A stretch of DNA of 64,000 bases from an uncultured virus (IMG/VR IMGVR_UViG_3300025603_000010) (lineage: Duplodnaviria; Heunggongvirae; Uroviricota; Caudoviricetes), in IMG/VR virus record IMGVR_UViG_3300025603_000010; one strand, written 5' to 3'. Position 1 is the stretch's first letter. Every line of letters begins with the position of its first letter. Shown one piece after another: positions 18,174-27,395 of this stretch. The notes under the pieces were generated by a model. The model saw only the letters and a list, made by a program, of their open reading frames with translations. It had not been told where the DNA came from and did not search any database. A program made the translations under genes and the position numbers.

Positions 18174-18248
18174 TGCTGATGCTCCTTATAAGCGTTAGAG
18201 TAGGTGGATGCGTCTAACATCGTGACCTACATTTCACTTCTATTTATA
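18174..18248 (-). promoter_or_regulatory. Late promoter and structured 5' leader
   Basis: TATAAATA 18241-18248; GTAGGT/ACCTAC stem with inner GATG/CATC; AAGGAG RBS. Confidence 0.6.
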
Positions 18249-18283
18249 ACAAAAAAAATTTAAACTCTATGTAGTTAATAGAC

Positions 18284-18314
18284 AAAAAAGAGGATGCTGT
18301 TTCCAGCACCCTCT
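18284..18314 (-). terminator. Rho-independent terminator after gp23
   Basis: AGAGGGTGCTG-GAAA-CAGCATCCTCT followed by T-run. Confidence 0.9.
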
Positions 18315-18364
18315 AAGTTTTTAGTCAAGTTTCTTATTGTAGTTATTAAACTACATAAGGTTGA

Positions 18365-19714
18365 TCACATGAGATTCGTGACTTTTACACGCCTGTACCA
18401 AGCATTGGTATTTGCCTCCAATGAAGCATCGGTATTAACCGTGTCATCAGCAGCAACCGCTCCCGCACCAGCGAATGGGTTAGCAGCAAGACCATAACGA
18501 GTCTTGAAACCAATCTTAGGCTGGAAGGAGTTCTCACCAACCGCACGGACCATCTGTAGTGGAACGTATGGGCAGTAGAAGAACCCGGCGTCATAAGGTG
18601 ATGTGCCCTTATAACCACAAACATAATACTGACTAGCAGCAACATTTGCAGAATATGGATCAACATATACCTTGAAACGACCATTCATCGTACCAGCGAA
18701 TGTGGAAGATGTGTCATCAACTGCGAGGTTGTTGTTAAGAGCAGGTGTGTAATCAAGAACACCAGCCATCTGAAGAGCAGAAGCAACGTCAGCTGAAACG
18801 ATCAGCATGTTACCCTTGCCCCGACGAGTCTGTTGACCAATCGCATTGGCGTCACGTTCAATCTGGAACATTAGACCCTTGAACTTCTCAACTGACCAAC
18901 GACCATTTGAGTCAGTGTCAAGATCAAAAGTACCAGAAGTAGTTGTATTAACCTGAGCACCAGCCACGGCAGTGACATATAGTGAACGAACAACTTCACG
19001 GTTAATTTCAGCAAGGAGTTCTGTAGAAAGAATGTTGCTGAGTTCTGTCTCGGCGTCAAGACCATGAATTGCCTTCAAGTCCTGTGCAAGTTCCATCGTG
19101 TACTCAGCTTTGAGCGCACGGGAAACGGCAGTAACCGTAGACTTTTCAATGCTGAATGACATTTCAGCGAAAGCGTTCGTACCGCCATCACCAAGTGCTT
19201 CAGCCTGACTTCGTGTCATACCTGTTGCGGAAGTATATGTTCCCGGCGAGGCATCATTAAGAACAGCAGGGTTAGTCTCTGTAGCACCAACATCACCACC
19301 GCCGATTGTACCGGCAGCGTTCTGGTTGGAGATATCAGGCATTGACTCATCAACGAGGGCTTCTGCACCATCCTGTGAGGCGAGTGTAGAACGCATGGCA
19401 AAGATAAGTCCGGTTGGACCTGTCATTGGCTGCACACCACAAATGTCATAAGCAATGAGGTTAGGCATTGCACGACGAACTAGGGAAATTAGAATTGGGT
19501 CCCATGTGTCCATCTGTCCGCCACCCATGCTATTAGTTGGTGCGGCTTCTGAAAGATATCCACGGCTAAAACCGTGGTCTTCTCTCATTGCTTTTTCTTG
19601 GTTTTCTAGAATCAGAGTAGTAACTGCCCGCTTGTAAGAATCCGTGATCCGTGGTAGATCGGGGTGTTCTAGGACTGGCTGCCACTTTTCTTGTAGATGT
19701 TCTGTCTGAAACAT
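18365..19714 (-). CDS. gp23: Major capsid protein
   Basis: KWQPVL, GVQPMTGPTGLIFAMR, SRALKAEYT, FQPKIGFKTRYG. Confidence 0.98.
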   Translation of the reverse strand: MFQTEHLQEKWQPVLEHPDLPRITDSYKRAVTTLILENQEKAMREDHGFSRGYLSEAAPTNSMGGGQMDTWDPILISLVRRAMPNLIAYDICGVQPMTGPTGLIFAMRSTLASQDGAEALVDESMPDISNQNAAGTIGGGDVGATETNPAVLNDASPGTYTSATGMTRSQAEALGDGGTNAFAEMSFSIEKSTVTAVSRALKAEYTMELAQDLKAIHGLDAETELSNILSTELLAEINREVVRSLYVTAVAGAQVNTTTSGTFDLDTDSNGRWSVEKFKGLMFQIERDANAIGQQTRRGKGNMLIVSADVASALQMAGVLDYTPALNNNLAVDDTSSTFAGTMNGRFKVYVDPYSANVAASQYYVCGYKGTSPYDAGFFYCPYVPLQMVRAVGENSFQPKIGFKTRYGLAANPFAGAGAVAADDTVNTDASLEANTNAWYRRVKVTNLM

Positions 19715-19753
19715 TTTTTTCTCCTTTTTAATTACATCTGTTTTTTTATAATA

Positions 19754-20974
19754 TTATTGGGCACGCTCTTTGTTACGACTAATTGCCGACATGTAAGCGC
19801 CCATAGCTTTAGTCGTATCAATGTCCTGTGCGGTGCCACCATCTTCATCATCAAAAGTTTGTTCAACAATCGTCTTTGGGAAATAACTTTCCTTCAAGGT
19901 GTTAAGTTTTGCTTTGAAGGACTCTTCGTTAACAAAATCAACATCTTCGGTAAGAGACTTGAACTTTTCAATTTCGGTATCGGTCAACTCTTCGCAAGCT
20001 TCAGAGATAACCTGTTCCCGAACTAGACCAGACTTAACTGTGGAAAGAGCAATATTCTGCTCCATAACACTATTAACCTTTTCCTCTAGTTCAGCAATCT
20101 TTTCAGACTGTGCTTCGAGAATGTCATATTTCTCATCAGGCACGTCAATATAATGATCTTCAAACAACTGTTTCAGTCCAGAGATAAAGTCTTCTGCAAT
20201 CTCGCCCTTTAGTCCACGCTCGATTGACAACTCGTTCTCTTTAGTCCATTCCTCTACAACGTAGTTGAGATAAGTATCTACTTTTTCTGTAAGAGTATCA
20301 ACTGACTCTTCTAGTTTTACTTCAAAATCGGAAGTCATTGATTCGTAAATACGAGCAATTTCCTCACGGGTCTTTGATTTAACAGCAGCTTCAAAGATTG
20401 TTGCTGCCTTGTTCTTAAACTCTTCAGAGAGGTCTTCACCATCAACAAGAGCGGCAACGTCTTCCGCAACATTAATGGACTTGATCTTCTCTTCGATTTC
20501 TGCCTTGGCATCTTCGAGTTTCTTCAACTCTTCTTCTGTCTCAGCATTTTCTGCTTCAGCAAGAGAGGAAGCGTGTTGAGCAAGCATCTCTTCGATGTCG
20601 CCCTTCTTCATCTTTCCGATTTGCTCTAGAGCCTGTGCCTTAGTCATCTTCTTTGACTCAGCAACAACCTCACCGTCTGGTTCAAATCCAGCTGCAAGCT
20701 TCTGAGGACCATCTGCTTTACCCTCACCCTTTTGCTGATCATCACCACTGATTTTTTTTGCTTTCTTTCCAGCAACATCTGTTGGTGATTTCTTTGCATC
20801 AGGTTCTACTACGGCAGGCCCACCATCTTCGGTTTCGCCACCGGGGGTTACTGCATCGATTTTCTTCTTTGGTTCAGCAGGAGTAGCACCCTTCGTCTGG
20901 GCATCACTTGCTTCTTCGAGTTCTGCAAGCACTTCTGCTTCCAACTCTTCAATTGTCTGTTCTAGTTCTGACAT
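19754..20974 (-). CDS. gp22: Prohead core scaffold protein
   Basis: Acidic; LSEEFKNKAATIFEAAV, YLNYVVEEW. Confidence 0.92.
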   Translation of the reverse strand: MSELEQTIEELEAEVLAELEEASDAQTKGATPAEPKKKIDAVTPGGETEDGGPAVVEPDAKKSPTDVAGKKAKKISGDDQQKGEGKADGPQKLAAGFEPDGEVVAESKKMTKAQALEQIGKMKKGDIEEMLAQHASSLAEAENAETEEELKKLEDAKAEIEEKIKSINVAEDVAALVDGEDLSEEFKNKAATIFEAAVKSKTREEIARIYESMTSDFEVKLEESVDTLTEKVDTYLNYVVEEWTKENELSIERGLKGEIAEDFISGLKQLFEDHYIDVPDEKYDILEAQSEKIAELEEKVNSVMEQNIALSTVKSGLVREQVISEACEELTDTEIEKFKSLTEDVDFVNEESFKAKLNTLKESYFPKTIVEQTFDDEDGGTAQDIDTTKAMGAYMSAISRNKERAQ

Positions 20975-21013
20975 AGGGTGTCTCCTTACCTAGTTCTGTT
21001 GATTATTTATAAA

Positions 21014-21661
21014 TTAAAGTCTTTTAAGAAACTTAGCAAAGGCTAATGCTTCTTTAGTTGCGTTTCTCTGACGTTTCTTAACATCAAACTCTCTCTTCAT
21101 CTCCATCATTTCTGATTCCAACAACGCACCGTTGTTCCAAACCCACTCTTTACCTTCCATAATACCTTCTACGAAAGCATTTGGTGCAGAGGGGTCAGCA
21201 ACAATATCTGCTGCTGTTGCGAGATAGAAGTCATCCCGCACATAGTTTGCACCACCTTTTTGATCTAGACTGCCCATTCCCCGTGAGGAAACGCCCAGTT
21301 TTGCACCTTCATCCATAAGACTCTTCACAATCTCACCCATAGGCGTAGACATAATCTTCGCCTCTCCAATAAAATTCTTTCCTTCTGGTACAAGGGATGT
21401 GATCATATGTGATACACGTTCCAGATTGACGGTTGGCCCGTCTGGATGGCCCAGTTCACCAAATGCACGTTTCTCTTTAATAAAGTTCTTGTTATATTTA
21501 ATAACTTCATTATTGAGTATTTCCATAGGATACACCCGACCATTGCGGTTCTTGATGTCAGCCTGCATAAAGATACCACGAATCTTGTAGGACTTACTAC
21601 CGTCTTCCTTTGCTTCACAGATATACTCTACGTCTTCGACTGCCTCTGAAAATAGTTTCAT
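21014..21661 (-). CDS. gp21: Prohead protease
   Basis: NRNGRVYP, GELGHP, GVSSRGMGS, DIVADPSAPNAFV. Confidence 0.96.
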   Translation of the reverse strand: MKLFSEAVEDVEYICEAKEDGSKSYKIRGIFMQADIKNRNGRVYPMEILNNEVIKYNKNFIKEKRAFGELGHPDGPTVNLERVSHMITSLVPEGKNFIGEAKIMSTPMGEIVKSLMDEGAKLGVSSRGMGSLDQKGGANYVRDDFYLATAADIVADPSAPNAFVEGIMEGKEWVWNNGALLESEMMEMKREFDVKKRQRNATKEALAFAKFLKRL

Positions 21662-21670
21662 TGTTTTATC

Positions 21671-22090
21671 CTATGCCGTCCAAGCTTTGTCTTTTTTAAA
21701 TTCTAAGATAACAAAACCAGAAGTACCCCTTGTTTCTCCGTTAATATCGGATGATGTTGCTGTTGTATTTGTTGCAGTTCCTTTGACTAGTCCAGCAGAA
21801 CCATCATAATGTCCTGTACCAGCAAGTTGTAATGCAACTACATTTGCTGAAGAACCAACAAACTTAATGATCAAATCACCAGTGTTTGCTGCGGCAGTAC
21901 CCTGAGTAAGAGCCCACCAAACACGGGACAGGTCTAACTTACAACCGTTTGCAAATCCAGAAAGTCCGTCTGCATTAAGAATGAGATTGTCAGCAGTATC
22001 ATTATCAAAAATTGTTTTTACCGTTACGATACCACCAGCAGCTGGGGCATTCACAACCGTATCTCTTAATGTTGTCGTTACAAATGACAT
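21671..22090 (-). CDS. Hypothetical protein in head module
   Basis: 139-aa ORF with GGAG RBS. Confidence 0.7.
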   Translation of the reverse strand: MSFVTTTLRDTVVNAPAAGGIVTVKTIFDNDTADNLILNADGLSGFANGCKLDLSRVWWALTQGTAAANTGDLIIKFVGSSANVVALQLAGTGHYDGSAGLVKGTATNTTATSSDINGETRGTSGFVILEFKKDKAWTA

Positions 22091-22099
22091 CTATCTCTC

Positions 22100-22348
22100 C
22101 TAGATCGCTAACATTTCTTTTTCGAAGTATCCCATAAGTTCCCTCTCAGGGACTTTATATTTCTTAGATACATCGGTAATGGTTCTTTCGAAACTATTTA
22201 GGAAATCTGAAGGTTTCGCATCCATCTGTTTAAACAAATCGTCTACAGCATCCTTCATTTTGGGTGAAAGGCGCTTATATTGCTGCGATTTCTTATGCTC
22301 ATCCCTCTCTACGACTGTAGTTTCATAGATTTCATCAATCCGTTTCAT
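22100..22348 (-). CDS. Hypothetical prohead-module protein
   Basis: Likely start MKRIDEIYE at 22348, overlapping the preceding small gene. Confidence 0.65.
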   Translation of the reverse strand: MKRIDEIYETTVVERDEHKKSQQYKRLSPKMKDAVDDLFKQMDAKPSDFLNSFERTITDVSKKYKVPERELMGYFEKEMLAI

Positions 22349-22511
22349 TAACGTCCGCTTCCTTGTCCTGATATTTGACAAAAGTATTGGCCAATTCCCG
22401 CCGTTTAACTTCCAAAGCATCACCAACCCTACTGGCCATTGTGATACTGAATGCTTTCTCAGCTTCGATATTGTTACCAGATACAAGAGCGTCTACAAAT
22501 TCTTTACTCAT
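22335..22511 (-). CDS. Small prohead core protein, gp67-like (58 aa, not in ORF track)
   Basis: MSKEFVDALVSGNNIEAEKAFSITMASRVGDALEVKRRELANTF; directly after portal with GGAGG RBS. Confidence 0.7.
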   Translation of the reverse strand: MSKEFVDALVSGNNIEAEKAFSITMASRVGDALEVKRRELANTFVKYQDKEADVNETD

Positions 22512-22513
22512 AA

Positions 22514-24154
22514 TTATTTTCCTCCATTAAACTTTTGATCATCATTTGGTTTACCATCTTGCTCAGGTTCTTCATAGTCTGGCATCTGATCTGGTGGAAT
22601 AACACTACCATCGCCATCCTGTGGATACCTTGTGATACCATCACCACCATCTGGCATATCAATTCCACCATCCAATGGATCAGTATCAAGTTCTTTCTTC
22701 ATCTGAGCTCGCATTTCTTCAACCTCAGCATCAGTCATATTTAGTACCTTCTTCAATACATATTCTTTACTGAAGAATGTGCCAATGTAAGACTGAATGC
22801 TATCAAGTGTCTGGATGCGATCATTAAGAAGTTCTGCATCCTTCAACTCTGCAAAGTGACCATCTTCCATGAAGTCATACTGAATATGCTCTTGCATACG
22901 AGGCCAATCTTCTGGCGCAATTATTCCTTTAAGGAGTAGGTTAGTTTTGAGCAAGTCAGTGAATAGGGGGGTGAATTTCTTACGAATACGTTGTACGAAC
23001 TTAGTAAATTTGAGTTCATCTCTGGTAATTTCTGATGCTCGTCCCATACTGAATCCGTTTTCGGCTTCAAGTCTTGAAATCGGCACGTTAAGTGAACGGT
23101 ATAGTTTTCGTTGGAAGTATACGATATCATCTATTTCCCCAAGGTTAGAACCACCGGGAAGTGTGCTAATTTCGGTTCCACGACCACCTTCACGGCGAGG
23201 GAGCCAAAAATCTTCAAGCATCGACATATGATTTCGGTCATCCCGAATTTCACCTGTGGTTGCATCGTAAACTAACTTGTTACGATAACGGTTCATCACA
23301 TCTTTTAGATATTGTTCTGCTTTGACCTTTGGTAGATTGCCAACATCAATGTAGAAAATTCTACGCTCAGGTGCTCTAGAAATACGATAGATAACAATCG
23401 CATCCTCAATCATACGCAACTGGTTAACTGGTTTGATTGCTTTGTGTAGATATGAGATAACTCTACCTGAGTTATTGTCAAGCAACCCTGATGGGACAAA
23501 CACTATCGAATCAGCCGCAATCTTAATTCCTTGATTACTGCCCTGTGAACCAGATGATGAAAATGATTTATCATTGTAGATATAATATTCATCTACTTTA
23601 ATAACCATCTCAATACCATTGACACTTGGATCAGGGTCTTTTTTTGTTTCTCGAACCTTACGAATTTTGGTTGGGTCAATAAACCTCAACTGTGTTAGAC
23701 CCTTCTGGGGGTCTTTGTTATCGATAACTTTGTGATAGAATATTCTTCCATCAATATACCACCGACGAAAAATGTCATGACCCTTCTCATTAAAATTGAG
23801 AAGACGCAAGACTTCACTGAACTCTGTCCTAATACGCTTTTTAATTTTATCACTGTAAGGTAAGTTGGTTAAGTCTATGTTAACTGGAATATCATTTAGA
23901 TTTGAAATGATACCTTCATTCACGATATCTTCAATCGCAGCATCACACTCCGATTGCATAGAAATATCTCTATAACGACGAATAAGGTCAAGCTCATTGC
24001 GTTCCCGCCCATCTGTATCTAGTACAGATGAAAAGAAACCACCGCCTGCAATCTCAATTGCGCCGTCATCAGAAGTGGGGTCCGTGAAAGTTTTCTCACG
24101 GGCCCCCGCATCCTTTTGTGCTTTTTGTATTGTAAAGCCGAATAGTTCTGCCAT
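22514..24154 (-). CDS. gp20: Portal vertex protein
   Basis: YRISRAPERRIFYIDVGNLPK, EDFWLPRREGGRGTEI. Confidence 0.97.
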   Translation of the reverse strand: MAELFGFTIQKAQKDAGAREKTFTDPTSDDGAIEIAGGGFFSSVLDTDGRERNELDLIRRYRDISMQSECDAAIEDIVNEGIISNLNDIPVNIDLTNLPYSDKIKKRIRTEFSEVLRLLNFNEKGHDIFRRWYIDGRIFYHKVIDNKDPQKGLTQLRFIDPTKIRKVRETKKDPDPSVNGIEMVIKVDEYYIYNDKSFSSSGSQGSNQGIKIAADSIVFVPSGLLDNNSGRVISYLHKAIKPVNQLRMIEDAIVIYRISRAPERRIFYIDVGNLPKVKAEQYLKDVMNRYRNKLVYDATTGEIRDDRNHMSMLEDFWLPRREGGRGTEISTLPGGSNLGEIDDIVYFQRKLYRSLNVPISRLEAENGFSMGRASEITRDELKFTKFVQRIRKKFTPLFTDLLKTNLLLKGIIAPEDWPRMQEHIQYDFMEDGHFAELKDAELLNDRIQTLDSIQSYIGTFFSKEYVLKKVLNMTDAEVEEMRAQMKKELDTDPLDGGIDMPDGGDGITRYPQDGDGSVIPPDQMPDYEEPEQDGKPNDDQKFNGGK

Positions 24155-24193
24155 AATGTTTTTATCTCCTACTGTCTATTTAGTAGGTTCAAA

Positions 24194-24730
24194 TTAGAAG
24201 TTTACGCCGGAAGCTTCGAAGTGCTGATATCTCCAAGTAACGTCAAAATTCTCAGCTTCATTCTCAGTATCCATACTCATTTCAATTGCAGAACCACTTG
24301 TCTTTGGCCATGCATTTCGAAGAATATAAGTTTTCAAAACCGTTTCGTCACGATCCAATTGTTCAATAGTCAAGTCTGTCTGATAATCAGCAGGAGAAAC
24401 AACACCAGTATTAAGAGCAAAATCATTGATACCGTTTGACCAGCGTTCAATTGCGTTTTTAATCATAAAGTCAGTATCATTTATAAATGTGGTTGTCCAC
24501 TCTTCTGGTTCAGTTGCATCACCCGCCATGTAAATTGTACGACCACGGAATTTCAAAGGAATTTCAGTGATACCCCTACTAGGTAAAGACGATGCTTTTA
24601 CTAGAAACGAAGTTCTACGAGTATCAAGACCGATTGCGATCCCTGATGGTGGAGTAATAGTTACCCTAAATTGGTTAGCTCTTGCACCACCACCGATTAG
24701 ATTTGCTTTAAAGTCATCTATATTAGCCAT
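24194..24730 (-). CDS. gp19: Tail tube protein
   Basis: GGARANQF, FRGRTIYMAGD, F.VTWRY. Confidence 0.93.
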   Translation of the reverse strand: MANIDDFKANLIGGGARANQFRVTITPPSGIAIGLDTRRTSFLVKASSLPSRGITEIPLKFRGRTIYMAGDATEPEEWTTTFINDTDFMIKNAIERWSNGINDFALNTGVVSPADYQTDLTIEQLDRDETVLKTYILRNAWPKTSGSAIEMSMDTENEAENFDVTWRYQHFEASGVNF

Positions 24731-24732
24731 GA

Positions 24733-26979
24733 TTAACCTCCTACCTCACTAAACGCAACACCAGTTCGAACGGCGATGAAGTTTAGTGTAATAAAGTTGA
24801 TTGACCTTGCTGGTTTGATGTAGATGTCACCAATAAACTCGTTACGGTCAATGACCTCACCAGTGTTGTTAGTTGTATCACAAACTACCTTAAAGTCGAA
24901 AATACCTCTACGACCCTGCACATCCCGCAAGAAGGGTTCTACCAGATTACGGAACTGTGCCCTTGTGAATTCATCATTGAACTCAAAGAGTTGGAACTTA
25001 GCAGCAGTGGCAATTGCCTTCTCAAGAACAAGGAACAGCCGCCGCACGTTAATGCGGTCAAATGCACTTGGTTTCGAAAGAGCAGTCTTGTCACCAAAGA
25101 GTGTAACACCCTGGCCGGGGAAATCAACCACTGGGTTGATCCGGGCCTTATAGAGAATGTCACGATCTGCTTTCTGTGGGTTGTAAGAAAGTTTAATTGC
25201 ACCACGAACAGCGCCACGATTGTAACCCGCTGGTGAGAACCAAGGGTCAGCAACCATATCTGTAAATGCACAAAGGCCAGCAGTATCACCGTTCAAAGGA
25301 ACAAATCGATACACATCATTATATTTGTCATACATATACTTGTATCCACTGTCGAATACCATATACGAAGACGATGGGCATTTGTCAAATGCTGCTTTAA
25401 CATTAGCTGTCTGGGTGATGGATGATGTAACACCAACTGTTGCCGCACGATAAGGAGATACGAAACCAACGCAATCCCTACGCAATTCAACAAGGTCTGT
25501 GATCATTGTTACCAAGGTATCTTGACCTGCTTCTGTGTCTGCAACACCAGAACTTGGTCCACCCATAACTAGGTTGATATCAAGATTTTCTGTGTCATTA
25601 AACTTATCATATGCAAGTTCAAGTTCACCAGCAGTAACAGAGTAATCATCTGTTCCACCTGTTAGAGTGGCAATAACAACACCGGGCACTTTTGTATAGT
25701 CCGTACCTGTTGCAACATCTGTACCCCAGTTAGTACCAGCAGAATTATGATCTGTCCAGTAGATGTAGTTAGAACCACGGAAGATAACATCCGGGTAGTA
25801 ATTATTACCGCCCTGAGTTGTCTTTGCAGATGAGTTCTTAGACATATTCGACCAAACTTCAATAACTGAAGATGTACGTTGTCCCTTAACATCAACATCA
25901 TAACCTGTGATGTCACCTGTTTTGTCATAAACTGCAACATGTATTTCATCTAGTTCACCACGAGCATTCGCAATTGCCCAATCTGATGTGCCGGGAGCAG
26001 CATCAAATAGATCGCTGAAACGCCAGCGCCGACGAATTAGAGAGTTATCAGGAATAACTGTCTGAAGTCCGGCACCAGCAGGATCATCAAGAACCCGAAT
26101 GGTTAGAGTGTCTGATGAAATTGCAGTGACTTCGTATTCTACGTTACCTGATTCAACCTTAGTATGACCAGCTGCAGCTGAAAACACTAGAGCTACATCG
26201 TTGGCAACTGTGATTGCTTTATCTAGAACAACAACTGATATAACCGAACCAGCACCACCACTCTGCGAAGTAACTGATTCAATCTTAACAACTTCGTCAC
26301 CATCTGAAATACCAGCACCAAGCACTCTTTGTCCTGCTGCAACTGCACCAGTTCCACCATCAGTAGTAAGAGTTTTACTTGCAACTGTGATTGCACCGTT
26401 AACTACTCCAACAATAGCACTTGCTGTGTAGAACTGAATGATGTCCCCAATTACGATTGATGCGGCAGTTGCATTTTGGTCATCTACTGTAATAGATAGA
26501 TCACCAATTGCACCAGCACCATTAACTAGGTTAAGAGAACCAAGTTGTTGTGAAAATGCTGCCGGGCTTCCACAGATATCAACACCGATTGAGTTACCTA
26601 AAGTACCAGCTGTACGAGCGGTCCAATCGCCGTGAGAACCTTGTCCTGTTGAAAAACTAGCTTCATAGTGGTCATCGTCACGAATGAGGATAGCACTGCT
26701 TGAACCAGCGTTTAGAATGCCTGATTCTGCACGAACCACACGAAGAGCGTCACCATACTGCAAGAAGTTTGCAGCAGTGAACCACCACTCAAAATTTGAA
26801 CTATTTGGCTTACCGAATGTCTGTAGAAGCTGTTCTTCCGAACTAATGGCGGTAACTGCACTTACTGGACCTTTTGCGAAGGGTCCGGCAATTGCGCCAA
26901 TAGAGGTAGATACAGCAGGAACAACATTTGTAAGATCGATTTCCCTAACGTGAACGCCGGGTGAAACTAGAAATCCCAT
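24733..26979 (-). CDS. gp18: Tail sheath protein
   Basis: SPGVHVREIDLT, WFSPAG, FDRINVRRLF, KPARSINFI. Confidence 0.97.
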   Translation of the reverse strand: MGFLVSPGVHVREIDLTNVVPAVSTSIGAIAGPFAKGPVSAVTAISSEEQLLQTFGKPNSSNFEWWFTAANFLQYGDALRVVRAESGILNAGSSSAILIRDDDHYEASFSTGQGSHGDWTARTAGTLGNSIGVDICGSPAAFSQQLGSLNLVNGAGAIGDLSITVDDQNATAASIVIGDIIQFYTASAIVGVVNGAITVASKTLTTDGGTGAVAAGQRVLGAGISDGDEVVKIESVTSQSGGAGSVISVVVLDKAITVANDVALVFSAAAGHTKVESGNVEYEVTAISSDTLTIRVLDDPAGAGLQTVIPDNSLIRRRWRFSDLFDAAPGTSDWAIANARGELDEIHVAVYDKTGDITGYDVDVKGQRTSSVIEVWSNMSKNSSAKTTQGGNNYYPDVIFRGSNYIYWTDHNSAGTNWGTDVATGTDYTKVPGVVIATLTGGTDDYSVTAGELELAYDKFNDTENLDINLVMGGPSSGVADTEAGQDTLVTMITDLVELRRDCVGFVSPYRAATVGVTSSITQTANVKAAFDKCPSSSYMVFDSGYKYMYDKYNDVYRFVPLNGDTAGLCAFTDMVADPWFSPAGYNRGAVRGAIKLSYNPQKADRDILYKARINPVVDFPGQGVTLFGDKTALSKPSAFDRINVRRLFLVLEKAIATAAKFQLFEFNDEFTRAQFRNLVEPFLRDVQGRRGIFDFKVVCDTTNNTGEVIDRNEFIGDIYIKPARSINFITLNFIAVRTGVAFSEVGG

Positions 26980-27091
26980 ATCTTTACTCCTAACTTAAAG
27001 AGAGTTATTTGTTATACAGATATTTATAAAAAATCTCTTTTACATAACTCGATTTTATAAGTGTTATATCATCTAATGTATATATAGTAAT

Positions 27092-27391
27092 ATGAATGAC
27101 CATTATGAAAAATATAAAGATACCATCAAGAAGGTTTCACGAAGAAATTATCAGAAGCGGGTATACCTTCTAAATGAATTCCTCACAGAAAAATCATGTA
27201 TTCACTGTGGTGAGGCAGAGCATGTCTGTCTCAAATTCTGGCCCCATGATGCAGAGATACGCAAGGTATCCAAGAGAGTTGGAACAAGCGATGATAGCCG
27301 CAAAGAGGTATTTCACCTAATTGATAAATCTGTTATCTTATGTTCCAATTGTTATATCAAAAAACATAACGATCTAATCGAATTTATTTAG
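27092..27391 (+). CDS. Small degenerate HNH / zinc-binding protein
   Basis: CIHCG...LKFWPH...LCSNCY; expected HNH histidines altered. Confidence 0.6.
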   Translation: MNDHYEKYKDTIKKVSRRNYQKRVYLLNEFLTEKSCIHCGEAEHVCLKFWPHDAEIRKVSKRVGTSDDSRKEVFHLIDKSVILCSNCYIKKHNDLIEFI

Positions 27392-27395
27392 GATA

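Noticed and set aside
22349..22486. 5' extension of ORF 22100..22486 in the track
   Set aside because: Overlaps the better-supported gp67-like gene in another frame; ATG 22348 preferred
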